Origin: Thaumarchaeota archaeon UBA141
GTDB lineage: Archaea; Thermoproteota; Nitrososphaeria; Nitrososphaerales; UBA141
Reading direction: 5' to 3'
Assembly (NCBI GenBank): GCA_002495315.1
Contig: DAEN01000040.1
Location: 51,553 to 115,552 of the forward strand
DNA length: 64,000 nt
In this document: positions 26,383 through 35,087 of the stretch, one piece after another
How positions within the stretch are numbered: the first letter of the stretch is position 1
Layout: every line of letters begins with the position of its first letter
Notes under the pieces: model-generated
What the model saw: only the letters and a program-made list of their open reading frames with translations
What the model was told of the DNA's origin: nothing
The model's database searches: none
Program-made: the position numbers and the translations under genes

Positions 26383-27555
26383 CTAAGTAGATAGAGGTTG
26401 TTGGAGACTCTTGAGCGGCCGTAGATGATCTGTCGTTATACGTAGTGCTTCATCTATATTGACCGTTTCTCCCTGAAGCTTGAGGACCGATGCGACTGCA
26501 GAGAGGGTGGCAAGAACATGGTGTGAACTAATTTCTCCCATACATCCAACGCGGAAGATCTTGCCAGCGAGGTCCCCGAATCCTCCTGCCACAGTGATTC
26601 GGAATTCTTCGTCTAACATCTTGCGAAAGCGCTTATCGTCTATGTTTTGTGGGTAACGGATCGCTATGACCGTATTAGATCTGATTTCTTCTTCTACAAG
26701 AGGTTTGAGTCCAAGGGCCTTGAAGCCTTGGTAGAAAGCATTGGCGCAGGTTTTATGACGTTGGATCCGTCTTTCCATCCCTTCTTCAAGTACAAGTAAT
26801 ATTGCTTCATGTATTGCCCTATAGAGTGGTAAGGAAGGAGTGAATGGCGTCTCTTTTTTTCTCTCATAGAATCTAATGTAGTTGGAAAGGTCAAAAAATT
26901 TGCTCATAGGAGGGTTTTCTTCGATGAACTTTCTGGCTTTCTTACTCACAGATAGAAGAGAAAGTCCTGGAGGTGCAGCAAGACACTTTTGACTACAGGT
27001 TACACAGAGGTCGACTCCCCACTGTTCCACCGGAAGCTCATCACCACCCAAATACGATACTGCATCTGCTACAAAGAGAGTTCCATACTTGCTCGCAAGC
27101 TCTCCTATATGCTTCAACCAGGGAATTCTAACTCCGGTAGAAGTTTCGTTGCAAACTACATAGACAGCTTTCGCTCCCTTGTGCTTCTCAAAGGCCTCTT
27201 CAATTGAGTCTATGGTGGGGGCTTCGCCTAGCGGTGCTTCTATCAGAATAGGCTTGCCTCCGGCCAACTCAATGCTTTCGCTCAGGCGTTGTCCAAACTC
27301 TCCAAAAACTGGTACAATGACTTCATCTCCTGGCCTTACAAGGTTGACAACTGATGCTTCAATGGCACCAGTTCCCGACGAAGTTAAGACAACGGTATCA
27401 TCAGTTGTTTCAAACACCTGCTGAGCACCTTCGGCAATTTCTGAGTATAGCTGATGAAAGTCAGAGCTTCTATGACTTATGATAGGAGAAATCATGGCAT
27501 TCATAACTCGGTCCGACACATTTGTTGGACCTGGGATCATGACTAGCTTGCGCAA
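26383..27555 (-). CDS. Class V aminotransferase (serine-pyruvate / alanine-glyoxylate type)
   Basis: 390 aa with LVMIPGPTNV, SGTGAIEA and the TCSQKCLAAPPG (PLP Lys) pattern. The start is TTG 27555 or ATG 27540. Confidence 0.8.
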   Translation of the reverse strand: MRKLVMIPGPTNVSDRVMNAMISPIISHRSSDFHQLYSEIAEGAQQVFETTDDTVVLTSSGTGAIEASVVNLVRPGDEVIVPVFGEFGQRLSESIELAGGKPILIEAPLGEAPTIDSIEEAFEKHKGAKAVYVVCNETSTGVRIPWLKHIGELASKYGTLFVADAVSYLGGDELPVEQWGVDLCVTCSQKCLAAPPGLSLLSVSKKARKFIEENPPMSKFFDLSNYIRFYERKKETPFTPSLPLYRAIHEAILLVLEEGMERRIQRHKTCANAFYQGFKALGLKPLVEEEIRSNTVIAIRYPQNIDDKRFRKMLDEEFRITVAGGFGDLAGKIFRVGCMGEISSHHVLATLSAVASVLKLQGETVNIDEALRITTDHLRPLKSLQQPLST

Positions 27556-27674
27556 GAGCTAACGACTCACTAACCAAAGAGTTATTGTAAAACTTTTTGC
27601 TCTTGTAACGAGCTTCTAGGCCTGTGATTCATTGATAGCTTCAAAGTTGTCGTTGAATTACATTGGAGGAGTAA

Positions 27675-28196
27675 TCAACTTCCTATCTCCATTATCCTTT
27701 CGACACCTCTTGTTTCCTTTATGATACTAGGGATAGGAGGTGGGAGGAGGTTTTCCCATACTGAGCCTTCTCTGATGCGTCGTCTGATTTCTGTACCTGA
27801 ATATCGGGGCCTCTTCATAAGAGGGACTGGTATGACCTGAACCTCATTCTCACTAAAGAGACGCGCGGTTAGAGGATCATTAGAGAATACCATGTCAAAA
27901 TGGGGCACAAGCATCTGAACATTCGTAACCCATGTCCCATGAGAATGAGAGTCTGGTATTGGTATTACAAGCCAACGTCGGCAGTCCACATTTGCCTGAT
28001 TCAGACACGTCTTGATCATTCCTATACGTTCTCCTGCTGTGAAAGGATTGTTGGCTGCGTGACTCTTATCAGCACTCCCAACTCCAATGTAAAGAATTGA
28101 AACACGTTCAAGGGCGAACTTGATGCTCCACAGATGTCCTCGGTGAAAGGGTTGGAATCGACCTACGAAGAGTCCATCGGGCATTAATGTCACCAA
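27675..28196 (-). CDS. Nicotinamide-nucleotide adenylyltransferase (archaeal NMNAT)
   Basis: 173 aa. GLFVGRFQPFHRGH is the nucleotidyltransferase (H/T)xGH motif, and SGTEIRRRI is at the C-terminus. Confidence 0.8.
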   Translation of the reverse strand: MVTLMPDGLFVGRFQPFHRGHLWSIKFALERVSILYIGVGSADKSHAANNPFTAGERIGMIKTCLNQANVDCRRWLVIPIPDSHSHGTWVTNVQMLVPHFDMVFSNDPLTARLFSENEVQVIPVPLMKRPRYSGTEIRRRIREGSVWENLLPPPIPSIIKETRGVERIMEIGS

Positions 28197-28284
28197 ATAT
28201 CTTGCAGAGGCGCGATTTAAGAACAGCCATTAAATCCTGACATTGATTACAATTCTGTCCGCGTAATGTGGTGTTGATAATAAA

Positions 28285-29322
28285 GTGATTGAGGTTGACG
28301 GTTCGGTTGGTGAGGGAGGTGGCCAGGTACTTAGAACTGCAGTTACCATGTCTGCCATTCTTGGAGTACCAGTGCATGTTAATAATATCCGCTTTGGGCG
28401 CAATCCTCCGGGCCTTCGCAACCAGCACATTAGTGCAATAAAGTGCGTGGCAATGCTATGTAATGCTAACGTAGAGAATCTACACATAGGCTCGAATTCC
28501 ATCAGTTTTTTTCCTAAGAATATAGAGAGTGCTGAAATTAAGCTAGATGTAGGAACCGCGGGAAGCATTACCCTAGTTTTGCAATCTGCAATCCCTGTTG
28601 CAACCTACGCAGACAAAGATGTGAAGCTTGAGATAGTGGGAGGAACCGACGTTAACTGGAGTCCGACTGCTGACTACTTCGAAAGAATCGTTCGTCCGGC
28701 CTACAGAGGACTTGGGATATCATTTGAGATGGAAATAGTTCGCCGCGGCTACTATCCACAAGGTTGTGGCATTATGAGAATAGTGGTCCATCCCAGTCGA
28801 ATACATACCATCAATTTGAATTCAACAATCAAACCAGAACCAAAGGTTATCAGTGTATGTTCCCAACTACCTAAAGCTGTAGCGGAAAGACAGCTAAGCT
28901 CTGCAGCCGATTACTTGCGAGACCAAGGAATGGAAGTGGGTTCAAGCGTCATCCAGGTATCGGAAGCAAATTCTCCAGGTAGCTCTATATTGGTGTATAA
29001 TTCAACCAACGAAAACGGTCCCTTTATTGGAACGGATGCTTTGGGGGAAAAGGGAAAGCTAGCGGAGCAAGTTGGCTTTGAGGCTGGTGCATCATTTGCT
29101 AGAGAATATAAGACTGGAGCAAATGTAGATAGTCATCTTGGCGACATGCTGGTTACTCCTTTATCATTAGCAAAGGGAATATCGAGCTACAAAGTTCCAT
29201 TCATTACACCTCACCTTGTCACGAATCTCTATGTAGCCAGTCTGCTATCGGGTTCTCGATATAGAATTGAAGGAGAAATTACAGGGAATTACTCAGCTCC
29301 TCTGGTTACTATCATTTCCTAG
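28285..29322 (+). CDS. rtcA: RNA 3'-terminal phosphate cyclase
   Basis: 345 aa. IEVDGSVGEGGGQVLRTAVTMSAILGVPVHVNNIR is the classic RtcA N-terminus. The start is GTG. Confidence 0.85.
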   Translation: MIEVDGSVGEGGGQVLRTAVTMSAILGVPVHVNNIRFGRNPPGLRNQHISAIKCVAMLCNANVENLHIGSNSISFFPKNIESAEIKLDVGTAGSITLVLQSAIPVATYADKDVKLEIVGGTDVNWSPTADYFERIVRPAYRGLGISFEMEIVRRGYYPQGCGIMRIVVHPSRIHTINLNSTIKPEPKVISVCSQLPKAVAERQLSSAADYLRDQGMEVGSSVIQVSEANSPGSSILVYNSTNENGPFIGTDALGEKGKLAEQVGFEAGASFAREYKTGANVDSHLGDMLVTPLSLAKGISSYKVPFITPHLVTNLYVASLLSGSRYRIEGEITGNYSAPLVTIIS

Positions 29323-29383
29323 AGTTTGAGTTCATACGAAGAGAAATGCTAAATTAGCCGTCGATTGACCTGGTAGTAGCGCC

Positions 29384-29983
29384 TTGAGTTTCGAATCTTT
29401 CATGCCTGGAGCGACCGTGGTAGGGTTGACCTATAAAGACGGAGTATTACTATGCGGAGAAAAACGAATTGCCTATGGCACCTACATAGTCAGCCGCTCA
29501 GGTAAGAAAGTCTTCAAGATTACCAACTCTGTCGGAGCTGCTTTTGCTGGGATGGTGGCAGACATGCAAATTCTTGTTCGCGAAGTTAGCTCATATGTTA
29601 AGATCCGCGAGATGGAACTACGACGGCCTCTGCCACCCAACTCGGTGGCAAAGCTAATGTCTGTTTTTATGTTTGAAAGACGGTACTTTCCATATCTTAC
29701 ACAGGTAGTCATTGGAGGAGTAAATGGTACACCATCGATCTACGTCTTGGATCCTCTCGGATCTGTTATCCCTGACGAATACGCTGCAGTGGGGTCAGGC
29801 GCAGAAACAGCTATTGGCGTTGTCGAGACGGGGTTCACTCCGGGTCTTACAGAGAAAGCGGCGAAAGAATTAGCCACAAAGGCATTACGCGCCGCAATCC
29901 AACGCGATGCCGCAAGTGGAGACGGTATAGATTTCCTTACCATATCCAGCAAGGGCCAAAACGAGGAATCAATTAAATTCTAG
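29384..29983 (+). CDS. psmB: Proteasome subunit beta (with a short propeptide)
   Basis: 199 aa. The propeptide ends ..PGA and is followed by TVVGLTYKDGVLL (active-site Thr1), then GSGAETA. The start is TTG 29384 or ATG 29402. Confidence 0.85.
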   Translation: MSFESFMPGATVVGLTYKDGVLLCGEKRIAYGTYIVSRSGKKVFKITNSVGAAFAGMVADMQILVREVSSYVKIREMELRRPLPPNSVAKLMSVFMFERRYFPYLTQVVIGGVNGTPSIYVLDPLGSVIPDEYAAVGSGAETAIGVVETGFTPGLTEKAAKELATKALRAAIQRDAASGDGIDFLTISSKGQNEESIKF

Positions 29984-30055
29984 GGGGATTGCTATGGAAT
30001 ACGTTCTAATGATCTGTTGTTAACGTTTGGATAAACCTGCAGATCTCCAAAGTCT

Positions 30056-30571
30056 CTATGTTCCTGAGTAGTCGAGTGGTGCACTTTCTCCTTTCCTTCT
30101 CGATAAGTAGGAAATAAAACCCAACAACAAGATTGTCCAGGCAAGAGAAGTTAGTATGTGTGGCAGACTTGCATATAGGAACGGAGCTGCCTCACTAACC
30201 TGGATCTGGATGGTCTTTATTCTCCCCCTGAGATCATCCATGCCTTGTTGGTAACCATCGCTATTTCTTGGAAGCTTCTGAAGCATTCGGCCTCTCTCAA
30301 GAAGCTCATTCAAGTCATTATTGATTAGCCTAAAATTGGTTTTATCAGTTGGAAAGATCCATACAGGGTTGCCTTCTGTTGGCAGGAATTTTCTACCTGA
30401 ATCCATGTAGAGTACCACTCCCTCAGCAAACCCGGCTGTTTCTGCCCTACTGAATAGAGCATTTGCTCGTTCGAGTGCGTAAATCGTGTCGACATAAGCT
30501 AGATAGGCCAGGATTCCCCCAGACGCAGTAAGAACTATGAAAATTGCTCCGACAACTATGAGTCTATTCAT
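30056..30571 (-). CDS. Bitopic membrane protein of unknown function (operon partner of the GT2 synthase)
   Basis: 171 aa with an N-terminal TM (LIVVGAIFIVLTASGGILAYLAY), a ~110-aa hydrophilic domain and a C-terminal TM (ILTSLAWTILLLGFISYL). Its ATG overlaps the upstream stop (ATGA). Confidence 0.5.
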   Translation of the reverse strand: MNRLIVVGAIFIVLTASGGILAYLAYVDTIYALERANALFSRAETAGFAEGVVLYMDSGRKFLPTEGNPVWIFPTDKTNFRLINNDLNELLERGRMLQKLPRNSDGYQQGMDDLRGRIKTIQIQVSEAAPFLYASLPHILTSLAWTILLLGFISYLSRRKGESAPLDYSGT

Positions 30572-32055
30572 GGGCCAAGATTTCCTAGGGTATTGGGATT
30601 CTCAATTTCTTCTTTCTCCTTCGTCATTCCTAACTTTAGGGAATGTATGAAGGTCATAGAAGCTATATAGAGGAATCCTGAAGTTGTCAGCAAGAGATAG
30701 GGTAAATAAAGAAAATTACGTGAGAAGATCGCTGCGGATATTCCAACACATCCATAGATCGCCAAGAGGAGCTCTAGAAAAGTAAGTTTGGGGAAACGAA
30801 GGACATAGTCTTTATCCTTCCAGTTATCACCGCCCGATTGAACTGCAAATTTCGGAGTCCTAAGGAAGGGACTTTTCCTTCCTAGAAGCCCTTCAATGAA
30901 TCCCACGCCATTATTTAATGAAATGCCAGAGCTGAAAAGCATCAATAATATGTAATCTCCTAGTTTTCGAAATGATTCTTTTCCCCAAAAGTGATGTAAT
31001 GCGAAGACATAGATAATCGGCCCGAGCAAGAGCTGAGAAACTATTGCAGTTACTGGAAAAATATCATACCGCATAGTCATTAAGAGCGGAAGGATGAGGA
31101 ACTGAAGAAGGAGTAGAGGATGAACTATATGTCTAGTCAACTGTAGAGAAGCTTGAATCTTAGTTTTTAGACTCAGCTCAGCTCTTGCCATTTGTCCTAG
31201 GAGTCGAACTGTACATTGTCCAGCACCTTTAGCCCACCTGAAATGTTGCCTCTTAGCAGCATTCACTTGGACAGGCAGCTCCGCAGGACAGGTGACGTCA
31301 TCTAGGAAGACTAGTCGCCATCCTCTGAGCTGAGCCCGATAGCTCAGATCTAAATCTTCGGCTAGAGCATCTTGCCATCCTCCTGCATCGACTATGCATT
31401 CCTTTCGCCAGATCCCCGCGGTTCCATTAAAATTCATAAAAAGCTCACATCCACTTCTCGCTCTCTGTTCAATTAAGAAATGCAGATCGAGATTGAGTGC
31501 TTGTGCTCGCGTAAGGGTAGAATAATGCTGGTTAAGGTGACTCCATCGAGCTTGAATTAGACCTACGTCTTGTCCATTAAATCGAGTGATAGTCTGACGA
31601 AGAAAGTTACTAGGTGGCAAGAAATCGGCATCAAATATGGCAATAAACTCACCATTTGCCTTCTCAAGCCCATATCGGAGTGCTCCAGCTTTGAATCCGC
31701 TCCGGGTGCTTCTATGTAGATATTCTATCATGAAACCCTGTTTCTTCCAATATCTAACCTGCTCTTGACTGAGATCTCTGGTCGAGTCGGTAGAGTCATC
31801 CAGGACCTGAATTTGTAAGCGATCCTTTGGATAGTCGAAAGCGCATATAGCTGCTATGAGTCTATTTGCTACATAACGCTCGTTGAATATTGGAAGCTGG
31901 ACAGTTACAAAAGGAAGGTCCATTGCCGCATTTCCTGTCGACAGCGGCTTTTTGTATCGAGATGAACGGTATAGAAGGTAATAAAAATTGAAGGCATATA
32001 GAAAAAGGACCCATGAGACCGCTGCATAGATGTAGAAGAGTAGATCAGCGTTCAT
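30568..32055 (-). CDS. Integral-membrane processive GT2 beta-glycan synthase (CslA/cellulose-synthase-like)
   Basis: 495 aa with an N-terminal TM, then VQLPIFNERYV, VLDDSTDST, FDADFLP, LAEDLDLSYR and RQHFRWAKG (the D,D,D,QxxRW set), followed by a C-terminal multi-TM block. Confidence 0.8.
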   Translation of the reverse strand: MNADLLFYIYAAVSWVLFLYAFNFYYLLYRSSRYKKPLSTGNAAMDLPFVTVQLPIFNERYVANRLIAAICAFDYPKDRLQIQVLDDSTDSTRDLSQEQVRYWKKQGFMIEYLHRSTRSGFKAGALRYGLEKANGEFIAIFDADFLPPSNFLRQTITRFNGQDVGLIQARWSHLNQHYSTLTRAQALNLDLHFLIEQRARSGCELFMNFNGTAGIWRKECIVDAGGWQDALAEDLDLSYRAQLRGWRLVFLDDVTCPAELPVQVNAAKRQHFRWAKGAGQCTVRLLGQMARAELSLKTKIQASLQLTRHIVHPLLLLQFLILPLLMTMRYDIFPVTAIVSQLLLGPIIYVFALHHFWGKESFRKLGDYILLMLFSSGISLNNGVGFIEGLLGRKSPFLRTPKFAVQSGGDNWKDKDYVLRFPKLTFLELLLAIYGCVGISAAIFSRNFLYLPYLLLTTSGFLYIASMTFIHSLKLGMTKEKEEIENPNTLGNLGP

Positions 32056-33091
32056 ATTGAGTTCCTTTTGTTGTAGTTTGCAAAGCCTTTTTCGGTATAT
32101 CGAGTCTAGTTTTCCTGGTTTCTATGAATGTTACTGCAAATAGAAAAATAGCTAACCATGGTAGAAACAACAACTCTCCCGCTACCGCATGAAAACTCTC
32201 AAAGCTTCTGTTATCAGTGCTAACAAGCATGACATAGGTAGATAGCAAAAAGATGCGAAAGGCATTGACCATGAACGTCCCTATGGCTCCTGCAACGAAG
32301 TAAGTTATCTTCTTTGGAAAACGGATATCTAATTTTAGTAGAAAAATCGACATGATAAGTGAATATATGATCATGCTGTGCACTCCAGCCGAAGGCCAAA
32401 AGACAGCTAGAGTAAACGGCCCGTGATTACCTGTGAGAGTTATGTAGTTCCCCACTACAATTGCTTCTCCAATTCCAAATAGATGTATTAGAAAGACATC
32501 GATAGAAAGGAGGACTGGGACTATCGCTTGCAATGGACCAAGAGATTCGAACGGGAATAAAGCATCCAGAGCCAAGATGATTATGAATCCAGCTATGTAG
32601 ACCATACATGACGGCATCTTTCTTAGACTCTTCCATCCGTATGAGGCGGATATGACTACAGCTAAATACAGCAGAAGAACAAGGTAATCCCAGAGCCAAA
32701 GGAAACTACTTGAGAGCTGGATATTAAGAAACTCTCCAAGTTCTAGAATTCTGGTTTGCAACGGGCCTAGTTCAATAGAAGAAAAATAGGCAAGGGAAAA
32801 TACCAGAGATGAAAGGACCAATACCATTCGTTTTCCTCTTAGTATGAGCCTTAGCTGGTGTCTTGCATCAAAGTATTCAATCATCAAGAAGATAGCTGCA
32901 AAAATGAATCCTCCTCGTCCCTGGTTCCAAACGAGTCCAAAGGAACTCGGATTAATCACACTTACGAATAGAACTGGAAAAATTGCCAAGAGGAGCCAAT
33001 ATTCCTTGTCGCGGCGCTCGATGAATCTTCTTCTGAATGTAGCGGGGAATAATTTCATTCTCCCCATCATTTCCTCGATCAAATCATTCAA
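32045..33091 (-). CDS. Exosortase/archaeosortase-family membrane protein with Ser at the expected catalytic Cys position
   Basis: 348 aa, polytopic. The motifs ..LAVFWPSAGVHSMIIY.. (for CSGxxS), ..MVNAFRIFLLS.. (conserved Arg) and ..FESFHAVAGE.. (conserved His) appear in family order, with about 45 and 22 aa between them. Confidence 0.6.
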   Translation of the reverse strand: MNDLIEEMMGRMKLFPATFRRRFIERRDKEYWLLLAIFPVLFVSVINPSSFGLVWNQGRGGFIFAAIFLMIEYFDARHQLRLILRGKRMVLVLSSLVFSLAYFSSIELGPLQTRILELGEFLNIQLSSSFLWLWDYLVLLLYLAVVISASYGWKSLRKMPSCMVYIAGFIIILALDALFPFESLGPLQAIVPVLLSIDVFLIHLFGIGEAIVVGNYITLTGNHGPFTLAVFWPSAGVHSMIIYSLIMSIFLLKLDIRFPKKITYFVAGAIGTFMVNAFRIFLLSTYVMLVSTDNRSFESFHAVAGELLFLPWLAIFLFAVTFIETRKTRLDIPKKALQTTTKGTQYER

Positions 33092-33287
33092 TTGGTTTTT
33101 TATTCTTCTGTTATAACTCTCAATTCTTCCCTCTGCAGCTGTGGCATTTTGTTGAACTACACGTCTGTAACTTCGGATTGGTTGTCCGTTAACTGGTGGC
33201 TATAGAATATGGATCGAATAACCTAGGAGATTTGTTTTCCCTTTCCACAAGGCATTTTATGGGATGATGAACAGTTAGATGGCTCGG

Positions 33288-33379
33288 GCCCCAGTAGCTC
33301 AGCCTGGCCAGAGCGGCTGATAATCTCTTAGCCGAGCCTCGTAAGCAGCAGGCCGCGAGTTCAAGTCTCGCCTGGGGCT
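33288..33379 (+). tRNA. tRNA-Thr(CGU) with a 17-nt intron inside the 5' half of the anticodon stem (non-canonical)
   Basis: Folded by hand. Acceptor is GCCCCAG/CUGGGGC, D arm GCUC..GAGC and T arm GCGAG-UUCAAGU-CUCGC. Removing AUAAUCUCUUAGCCGAG gives anticodon arm GCUGC-CUCGUAA-GCAGC. Intron AGCCG pairs with exon CGGCU. No CCA is encoded. Confidence 0.8.
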
Positions 33380-33451
33380 CTAGTTTACCAAGAACCTCTA
33401 AGTCGGTAATCAGCAGATCTGTGGTCAACATATAGGAATTATATTATTCCC

Positions 33452-33490
33452 ACGTAGTGATAATAAGCGAACTTACGTAGTGATGATAAG
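33452..33490 (+). repeat. Two 16-bp direct repeats ACGTAGTGAT(A/G)ATAAG spaced 23 nt apart, ending at the MBL gene start
   Basis: Copies lie at 33452-33467 and 33475-33490 and match at 15 of 16 positions. The second copy ends on the first base of the GTG start. Confidence 0.4.
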
Positions 33491-34293
33491 TGAAAGAAAT
33501 AGCTAACGGGATTTACTGCAGGATCGATCCTGCAGGTAGGACCAATGTGGGATTCATAGACTGTGGAGACGGTCTGATATTTGTAGATACGACTTTATTC
33601 CCTAGGACCACTAGGGAAGCAGTATCTTCAGCAAGGGCTATCAGCAAGAAACCCTTTAGCTATTTAGTTAATACTCATTATCATTCCGATCATACGTTTG
33701 GCAATCAGGAATTCTCTTGTCCAATTGTGGCTCATAGATTATGCTCAAGTTTGATGCGAAACCGACTTCCAGAGGAGCTAAGGACAAGGATTGAAACCTT
33801 TCCAAAGGAAAGTAAAAGCAGACTGGAAGAAGTGAAACTCACCTACCCATCCCAAGACTTTGACGAAGAGATTACTCTTGATGACACACACAATACGACA
33901 TTAGTTCACATGGGCGGACATACACCTGATAGCCTTGTAGTAGCACTTCCTGACGAAGGAGTGATCTTCGCTGGAGACCTACTTTTCGTTGGTTATCATC
34001 CATTCTTGATAGATGCTGAAATAGAGAGCTGGCTAACTGGGTTGGAGAAGCTTAAAGGCCTTAAAGCTCAAATTATCATCCCTGGTCATGGATTCTTGAC
34101 CGATACAAATGAAATAGAAAATATGATTTCTTACCTTAGGATCTTTAGAGATAATCTTGCTAAATTGAAGAGAGAGGGCTATAGCAAAGAGGAGCTGGTT
34201 ACTAGGCCAGAAATGCTTTCACTTCCCAGCAGACTAAGAGAGGAAAGAATCGCGATCAATATTCAAGCAATGTACGATAGGACAGTTATCTGA
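33490..34293 (+). CDS. MBL-fold metallo-hydrolase
   Basis: 267 aa with the NTHYHSDHTFGN (HxHxDH) motif and later GGHTPDS and PGHG metal ligands. The start is GTG. Confidence 0.7.
   Translation: MKEIANGIYCRIDPAGRTNVGFIDCGDGLIFVDTTLFPRTTREAVSSARAISKKPFSYLVNTHYHSDHTFGNQEFSCPIVAHRLCSSLMRNRLPEELRTRIETFPKESKSRLEEVKLTYPSQDFDEEITLDDTHNTTLVHMGGHTPDSLVVALPDEGVIFAGDLLFVGYHPFLIDAEIESWLTGLEKLKGLKAQIIIPGHGFLTDTNEIENMISYLRIFRDNLAKLKREGYSKEELVTRPEMLSLPSRLREERIAINIQAMYDRTVI
33516..33535. repeat. Perfect 20-bp palindrome CTGCAGGATCGATCCTGCAG within codons 9-16 of the MBL gene
   Basis: The sequence is its own exact reverse complement. It lies 26 nt downstream of the start codon. Confidence 0.5.
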
Positions 34294-34319
34294 TTGCTTT
34301 GGACTTGGTATCCTGAAAG

Positions 34320-34961
34320 ATGAAATCATCTATACGAATTCTCTCTTTCGATTTAGTAGGCACGCTGATTCACCCCGAATACGTTGACTCTTTTTGGGAG
34401 GAAGAGATACCAAAGCAACTAGCTCGAGAACGCGGAATTTCCTTTGAAAAAGCTCGCGAATACGCTCTCGCCGAATATCAAAAGATAGGAGATAACGATG
34501 TCAGATGGTATCTTCCAGCTTTTTGGACTAAAAAATTCGGACTGTTAACGAGTCCTATTACTATATTAGAGACGAGCGCTAATAAAATGTGTTATTATCC
34601 AGACACTCTTGAAGCACTGGCCCCTCTTCATGATCGGTACCAAATGATAATAGCATCTGGTGCTCCGATAGAGATTATCGAATTTGTCATAAGACCGATT
34701 GCAAGTTACTTCCACCGTATATTCTCAACTGTATCCAGTCTGGGATATGTGAAGAAGACTGAGGATTTTTATTCTCACATTTGTCGCGAACTCGGAAGCA
34801 AATGCGAGTCGATCCTTCACATAGGCGACGATAAAATACTGGATTTCGAGCTATCTCGTCGTGCAGGATTCAACTCGTATTATCTAGATCGGAAATGCGA
34901 TGATCCTCTTGGTTATGATACAATACGGAACCTGGTAGAGCTCAGAAACAAATTGCTCTAG
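34320..34961 (+). CDS. HAD-superfamily hydrolase
   Basis: 213 aa with ILSFDLVGTL (DxxGT-type motif I), IIASGAP and HIGDDKILD (motif IV). Confidence 0.65.
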   Translation: MKSSIRILSFDLVGTLIHPEYVDSFWEEEIPKQLARERGISFEKAREYALAEYQKIGDNDVRWYLPAFWTKKFGLLTSPITILETSANKMCYYPDTLEALAPLHDRYQMIIASGAPIEIIEFVIRPIASYFHRIFSTVSSLGYVKKTEDFYSHICRELGSKCESILHIGDDKILDFELSRRAGFNSYYLDRKCDDPLGYDTIRNLVELRNKLL

Positions 34962-35087
34962 ACACGGTTACGCGAATTACTCGAAGTTGACCTGAACTAG
35001 GACGTGTAATGATAATCGAGATCTTCCCAAATTAGTCTTGAGCAAGCTAAGAGGTAAATTTCTTAAGCTCTATCATAACAGCGGCAT

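Noticed and set aside
33189-33431. Track ORFs overlapping tRNA genes (33189..33431 minus, 51513..51770 plus, 57698..57910 plus)
   Set aside because: Each is fully explained by an underlying tRNA gene plus flanking spacer. None has motifs or credible starts.
33478-33492. C/D-box sRNA candidates. One is the GTGATGA at 33482-33488. Others are ATGATG-like strings in the spacers at about 34999-35015, about 40405-40415 and about 49540-49560.
   Set aside because: None has a correctly spaced D box (CUGA) 50-70 nt downstream with terminal complementarity. The 33482 match is part of the direct repeat at the MBL gene start.
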